A DNA stretch of 64,000 bases, from assembly GCA_958295745.1 (NCBI GenBank), contig OY282370.1, forward strand, positions 1,295,724 through 1,359,723, in the 5' to 3' direction. Shown piece after piece: positions 59,997 to 64,000 of the stretch; within the stretch, counting starts at the first letter, position 1, and each line of letters opens with the position of its first letter. Made by a program: the position numbers and the translations under genes. The notes beneath the pieces were generated by a model, which was given only the letters and a program-made list of their open reading frames with translations, did not search any database and was not told where the DNA came from. This stretch comes from an uncultured Acidimicrobiia bacterium (lineage in GTDB: Bacteria; Actinomycetota; Acidimicrobiia; Spongiisociales; Spongiisociaceae).

Positions 59997-61342
59997 CCCT
60001 GACCGAACGGTTCGCCGAGTGGAGCGCCGGACTGGAACGGGCGCCGACCGAGGTGCGGAGGGCCGCCAAGTGGCACATACTGGATGCCATAGGCGTGGGG
60101 CTGGCGGCGGCCCGGCTGGGGGTGGTGGACTTCGCGGTGGCGGAGGCGATGAGCTACGGAGCACCGGAGGAATCCGGCGTCATCGGCTACAGCACCCGCC
60201 ATCCTGCCCCGATGGCCGCCCTGGCGAACGGCGCCCTCATCCACGGGCTGGACTTCGACGACACCCACGCGGCCGCCATCCTGCACGGCTCGGCCGCCGT
60301 GCTCCCCGCGGTGCTGGCCGTCTCGGAGGTCGTCGATGCGGACCTCGACGCCGCGGCCGACGCCTTCGTGGTCGGACTCGAGACGGCGATACGCATCTCC
60401 GCCGCCGCCCCGCGCAAGTTCCACCTCCGGGGATTCCACGCCACCAGCGTGGTCGGGATATTCGGCGCCGCCCTGGCCGCCGCCCGTCTGCTGGGCCTCG
60501 ATCCGTCGGCGGCGGTAAACGCCATGGGCCTGGCCGGCAGCCAGGCTTCCGGCTGTCTCGAGTTCCTCTACACCGGCACCTCGACCAAGCCCTTCCATCC
60601 CGGTTGGGCGGGGCTGGCGGCGGTCATGGCGGCGCGGCTGGCCGCACGGGGCGCGGCGGGGCCGGCCACGGTGCTGGAAGGCGAGCGCGGCCTCTACCGG
60701 GCCTACGCCGACGCATCCGTCGATCCGGACCGGGTGACCGCCTCCCTCGGCGGCGAATGGGAAACCACCCGGATGACGGTCAAACCGTATCCGGTCTGCC
60801 AGTACTCCCATGCCACCCTCGACGCGCTGGCCCTGTTCCCCACCGACCTGCAGCCCGGCGGGATCGCCCGCATAGACATCGGCATGCCCGAGGCCTCGCT
60901 GACGGTGGTGGCCGAACCCAGGGAAGGCCGGCTGCGGCCCCGCTCGGCTTCCGAAGCCAAGTTCAGCGTGCAGTGGAACGCGGCCGCCCTGCTGATCGAC
61001 GGCTGCCTGAGCGTCGATCACTTCCGGGAGGAGCAGCTCGCCAGGGAGGACATCCGCGACCTGGCCGCTCGGGTGCACGTGCATCGGCGTCCGTTCGACG
61101 GCCCCCCGGCGGAAGCGCCCGCAGAAGTGACCATCACCATGCACGGAGGGGCGGCCCTCACCCGCAGCCTGACCAGGAGCTCCGCCGACCCGGAGCGGCC
61201 GCAGGACGATGGCGCCCTGCTCGACAAGTTCACCTCCAACGCCGCCGACCGCATCGAGGATCCGGCCAGATTCGCCAAACTGGTGCTGGAGGACGGCGGA
61301 CTGCCCGTCAGGGAGCTGATGGCCTCGACGGGCGGCAGATGA
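59993..61342 (+). CDS. MmgE/PrpD-family protein (2-methylcitrate dehydratase-like)
   Basis: GTG start overlapping the upstream stop (GTGA). Typical PrpD N-terminal and C-terminal domains. Confidence 0.7.
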   Translation: MTLTERFAEWSAGLERAPTEVRRAAKWHILDAIGVGLAAARLGVVDFAVAEAMSYGAPEESGVIGYSTRHPAPMAALANGALIHGLDFDDTHAAAILHGSAAVLPAVLAVSEVVDADLDAAADAFVVGLETAIRISAAAPRKFHLRGFHATSVVGIFGAALAAARLLGLDPSAAVNAMGLAGSQASGCLEFLYTGTSTKPFHPGWAGLAAVMAARLAARGAAGPATVLEGERGLYRAYADASVDPDRVTASLGGEWETTRMTVKPYPVCQYSHATLDALALFPTDLQPGGIARIDIGMPEASLTVVAEPREGRLRPRSASEAKFSVQWNAAALLIDGCLSVDHFREEQLAREDIRDLAARVHVHRRPFDGPPAEAPAEVTITMHGGAALTRSLTRSSADPERPQDDGALLDKFTSNAADRIEDPARFAKLVLEDGGLPVRELMASTGGR

Positions 61343-62526
61343 CCCCGTCCGCCATCCGTCCGGCTGATTTCCCCTGGTTCGACTACTCGCGATATTCCTT
61401 CTCGCTCGGCCTCTCCCTGGGGCCGGACCGGGCCGCTCTCTCCGGCCACTCGGCCTCTGCGTACGACCCGGGCCGGGGCCGGATCGTGGTCGAGGGGGGG
61501 ATGGCCGAGCAGAGCCGCACCGCCTACCGGAAGATCGAGGCCATCCTGCGCTCCGCCGGGCTGGGCTTCGGGGACGTGGTCAGGGTTGTGGAGAACGTGA
61601 CCGCCGAAGGTATAGACCACTATGCGGAGGCGGAGGCGGTCAGGGCCGAGGTGTTCGGCCCGCACACACCTGCGGTCAACACCGTGGTGGTGCACCGTCT
61701 GCTGCGGCCGGGCGCCCTCGTCGAGATCGAGGTCACCGCCGACCGCGGCGGGGGCGCGGCCTGCGGAGGGACCCCGCACCGACCGGCCCGGGCCGCCGGG
61801 GATATCGTCTACCTGAGCACCGTGCACCCCTACGACGCGGAGGGCGAGCTGGTGGGAGAAGGAGACCCCGAGGCGCAGGTCCGCCAGATCTTCCGGAACG
61901 CCGAAGCCGTCCTGAAGGCGTGCGGGCTCGGCATGGAGAACGTGGTGAAGACCCTGGAGATGATCCGCCCCGAAGCGCTGGAGGGTTACAGGTACACGGG
62001 CCGGCCCCGGCGGGAATACCTCGGGCCGGTATACCCGGGCGCGGCCGGCATTCTCCAGGATCGGGTGGCGCCCGACGACCGGGTCCTGATCTCCTACGAC
62101 TTCACGGCGTCCCGCGCCCCGAGGTCGGCCGTGAATCCGGGATGGGACCGCTACCGGCGGCTCACCTACTCCCCGGCGGTCCGGGCGGGCGGCATGTTGT
62201 TCATGTCGGGCCAGGCGGCGCTCGATCCCGAGACCGGGCGGGCCGTTTTCCCTGGTGACGTGGCCGCCCAGGCGGATTACACCTACGCCAATATCCTCGA
62301 TGTCCTGGAAGCGGCCGGGATGGGTCCCCGCAACCTGATCAAGACCATCGAATACGTTGCCCCCGAAGGCCTGGCCGAATATCGAGAGGTGGCGGCGGTG
62401 CGCAGGCGGCGGCTGTGCGAACCCTGGCCGGCGTCGACGGGTGCGGTCTGCCATTCGCTGCTGCGGAAGGAGTTCCTGATCGAGATCGACCCGCTGGCCA
62501 TGGCCTTCGAAGGAACCGGGCCGTGA
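61339..62526 (+). CDS. Tandem-domain Rid (RidA/YjgF/L-PSP) family protein
   Basis: Two Rid-like domains in one 395-aa chain. ATGA overlap with the upstream stop. Confidence 0.65.
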   Translation: MTPSAIRPADFPWFDYSRYSFSLGLSLGPDRAALSGHSASAYDPGRGRIVVEGGMAEQSRTAYRKIEAILRSAGLGFGDVVRVVENVTAEGIDHYAEAEAVRAEVFGPHTPAVNTVVVHRLLRPGALVEIEVTADRGGGAACGGTPHRPARAAGDIVYLSTVHPYDAEGELVGEGDPEAQVRQIFRNAEAVLKACGLGMENVVKTLEMIRPEALEGYRYTGRPRREYLGPVYPGAAGILQDRVAPDDRVLISYDFTASRAPRSAVNPGWDRYRRLTYSPAVRAGGMLFMSGQAALDPETGRAVFPGDVAAQADYTYANILDVLEAAGMGPRNLIKTIEYVAPEGLAEYREVAAVRRRRLCEPWPASTGAVCHSLLRKEFLIEIDPLAMAFEGTGP

Positions 62527-63674
62527 CCGGCCGGGAGGTTGCGGTCGTCGGGGTGGGCGAGTCGGAGCTGGGGGTGACGGGTTGCTCGATCTACCAGCTC
62601 CAGACCCAGGCCGCCCGGGCGGCGCTCGAGGACGCCGGGCTGCGGATGTCCGATGTGGACGGCCTAGCGACCGCGGGGGTGGAGCGGTTCAGCGCCACCG
62701 CCATGGCCGAATACTGGGGGATGCGGCCCGCGTGGGTGTCGTCGACAATGGAAGGCGGGTCGTCGTTCGAGCTGATGGTGGGGGCGGGGGTGGACGCCAT
62801 CCGCTCCGGACGCTGCCGGGTGGTGTTGATCTCGTACGGATCGAACCAGCGGTCGGCCGCCTCCCGCCGGCTGCGCGGGATGGTCCAGCCGCACACGCCC
62901 GCCGACCAGTACGAGGCGCCCTACGGGGTGCTGAGCCCCCTTTCCCTCTATGCGATGGCGGCCCAACGGCACTTCCACGAGTACGGGACCACCGGGGAGC
63001 AGCTGGCCGAGGTCGCAGCGGCGGCCAGGGAGTGGGCGCTGCTGAACCCGAAGGCCTACCGCTACGGCGCCGGGCCGATAACCGTCGACGATGTTCTGTC
63101 GTCCCCGATGATCTCGTCCCCCCTGCACCTCCTGGACTGTTGCCTGGTGGTGGACGGAGGGGGGGCGGTGGTGCTGACCTCCCTCGACCGGGCCCGCGAC
63201 CTTCCCAAACCGCCGGTGCGGGTGCTGGGATGCGGCCAGAGCGTCACCCACATCACGATGGCGCAGGCGCCCGACCTCACCCGGACCGGGGCCGTCGAGT
63301 CCGGCGCCGCCGCCTTCGCCGAGGCGGGGATCGGGCCGGAGGACGTGGACGCGGCGGAGATCTACGACAGTTTCACGATCACCGTGCTGCTGACTTTGGA
63401 GGCGCTGGGGTTCTGCGGGCGGGGAGAGGGCGGACCCTTCGTGGAGGGGGGCAGGACCCGGCCGGGCGGCGCCTTCCCCATGAACACCAACGGGGGCGGT
63501 CTGTCCTATTGTCATCCCGGTATGTACGGGGTGCTGCTGCTGGTGGAGGCGGTGCGCCAGCTCCGGGGGGAGGCGGGGGACCGCCAAGTGCCGGACCCGG
63601 AGATAGTCCTGGCCCACGGCACCGGCGGGGTGCTCTCGAGCCACGGCACCGTGATCCTGGGGGTGGATCGATGA
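62523..63674 (+). CDS. Thiolase-like protein (SCP-x/nonspecific lipid-transfer thiolase type)
   Basis: GTG start overlapping the upstream stop. Thiolase-like fold with a Cys in ..VVGVGESELG.. context. It partners with the DUF35 protein that follows. Confidence 0.7.
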   Translation: MTGREVAVVGVGESELGVTGCSIYQLQTQAARAALEDAGLRMSDVDGLATAGVERFSATAMAEYWGMRPAWVSSTMEGGSSFELMVGAGVDAIRSGRCRVVLISYGSNQRSAASRRLRGMVQPHTPADQYEAPYGVLSPLSLYAMAAQRHFHEYGTTGEQLAEVAAAAREWALLNPKAYRYGAGPITVDDVLSSPMISSPLHLLDCCLVVDGGGAVVLTSLDRARDLPKPPVRVLGCGQSVTHITMAQAPDLTRTGAVESGAAAFAEAGIGPEDVDAAEIYDSFTITVLLTLEALGFCGRGEGGPFVEGGRTRPGGAFPMNTNGGGLSYCHPGMYGVLLLVEAVRQLRGEAGDRQVPDPEIVLAHGTGGVLSSHGTVILGVDR

Positions 63675-64000
63675 CCCTCGTAACCTCCCCGGAGGCCCGG
63701 GAATGGTGGGAGGCCGCCAAAAACCGCCGCCTGCTGGTCCAGTCGTGCCGAACCTGCGGACACCGCCAGCATTACCCCCGGGCCCTGTGCCTGCGGTGCG
63801 GCGGGGTCGATCTGGGTTGGGTGGAGGCGTCCGGCGGCGGAACCATCTACTCGTTCACCCACAGCCACCGGTCGCCGGATCCCGCCGCCTTCGAGCCGCC
63901 CTACACCATCGCCATCGTTACCCTCGACGAAGGACCCCGGCTCCTGACCACCGTTACCGGGCCCGGCATCCGGTGCGACGCCCGGGTGCGGCTCGAGTGG
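63671..64000 (+). CDS. DUF35 OB-fold/zinc-ribbon protein, 3' end outside window
   Basis: C-x2-C...C-x2-C zinc ribbon (CRTCGH..CLRCGG), then an OB-fold. It is the typical partner of SCP-x-type thiolases. Confidence 0.6.
   Translation, partial: MTLVTSPEAREWWEAAKNRRLLVQSCRTCGHRQHYPRALCLRCGGVDLGWVEASGGGTIYSFTHSHRSPDPAAFEPPYTIAIVTLDEGPRLLTTVTGPGIRCDARVRLEW

Noticed and set aside
59231-61342. The long ORFs 59231-61342 and 59812-62526, which extend far upstream of the PrpD and Rid genes
   Set aside because: The upstream portions are Arg/Gly/Pro low-complexity sequence overlapping the CoA-transferase in other frames. Starts at 59993 and 61339 give normal-length proteins with coupled overlaps.
1-64000. 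CRISPR arrays, transposases, integrases or rRNA genes
   Set aside because: I found no regularly spaced direct repeats, no DDE or tyrosine-recombinase-like ORFs and no rRNA-like segments on reading the window. The only tandem repeats are the 42-bp coding repeat at 11767-11926 and short 15-nt repeats near 47590.

Overview
This 64 kb window is about 70% GC and looks actinobacterial, Acidimicrobiia-like judging by the EF-Tu and ribosomal-protein sequences. Its centre (27.8-46.8 kb, minus strand) is the complete ribosomal-protein superoperon: rpsL-rpsG-fusA-tuf-rpsJ-rplC-rplD-rplW-rplB-rpsS-rplV-rpsC-rplP-rpmC-rpsQ-rplN-rplX-rplE-rpsN-rpsH-rplF-rplR-rpsE-rpmD-rplO-secY-adk-map-rpmJ-rpsM-rpsK-rpsD-rpoA-rplQ. 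It is followed by truA-rplM-rpsI-glmM-glmS-acpS. To the left are an LLM-oxidoreductase/VOC pair, nnr, a hipBA toxin-antitoxin module, three tandem SLH-domain surface proteins (one about 1570 aa with FG-GAP repeats) and a CoA-transferase/aminotransferase pair. To the right are a tRNA cluster (tRNA-Arg(ACG) plus all four tRNA-Ser isoacceptors, a PhyH dioxygenase gene between them, tadA, serS, tRNA-Leu(CAG)), a molybdopterin oxidoreductase, a D-aminoacylase, an ABC substrate-binding protein and a translationally coupled operon (CoA-transferase, MmgE/PrpD, tandem Rid, thiolase, DUF35). The most unusual thing I see is a four-copy family of about 300-550 nt elements. Each begins with a near-consensus sigma70-type promoter sharing an upstream ACAAGGGTATTG motif, then a hairpin whose sequence co-varies between copies, then a conserved GC-rich core (GCTGTGCYGAGACGGAT..GGCCCGGCGAAGCCGG..GAGAACGCGAAAAMCG). 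One copy is the 5' leader of glmS. One is the leader of a low-GC two-gene module (small acidic protein plus about 19 kDa basic protein) wedged between truA and rplQ. Two are orphan, outward-facing copies that form an inverted duplication around the VOC/LLM gene pair. I could not match the element to any RNA family I know (TPP riboswitch and glmS ribozyme both rejected below). I found no CRISPR array, transposase, integrase or rRNA gene.
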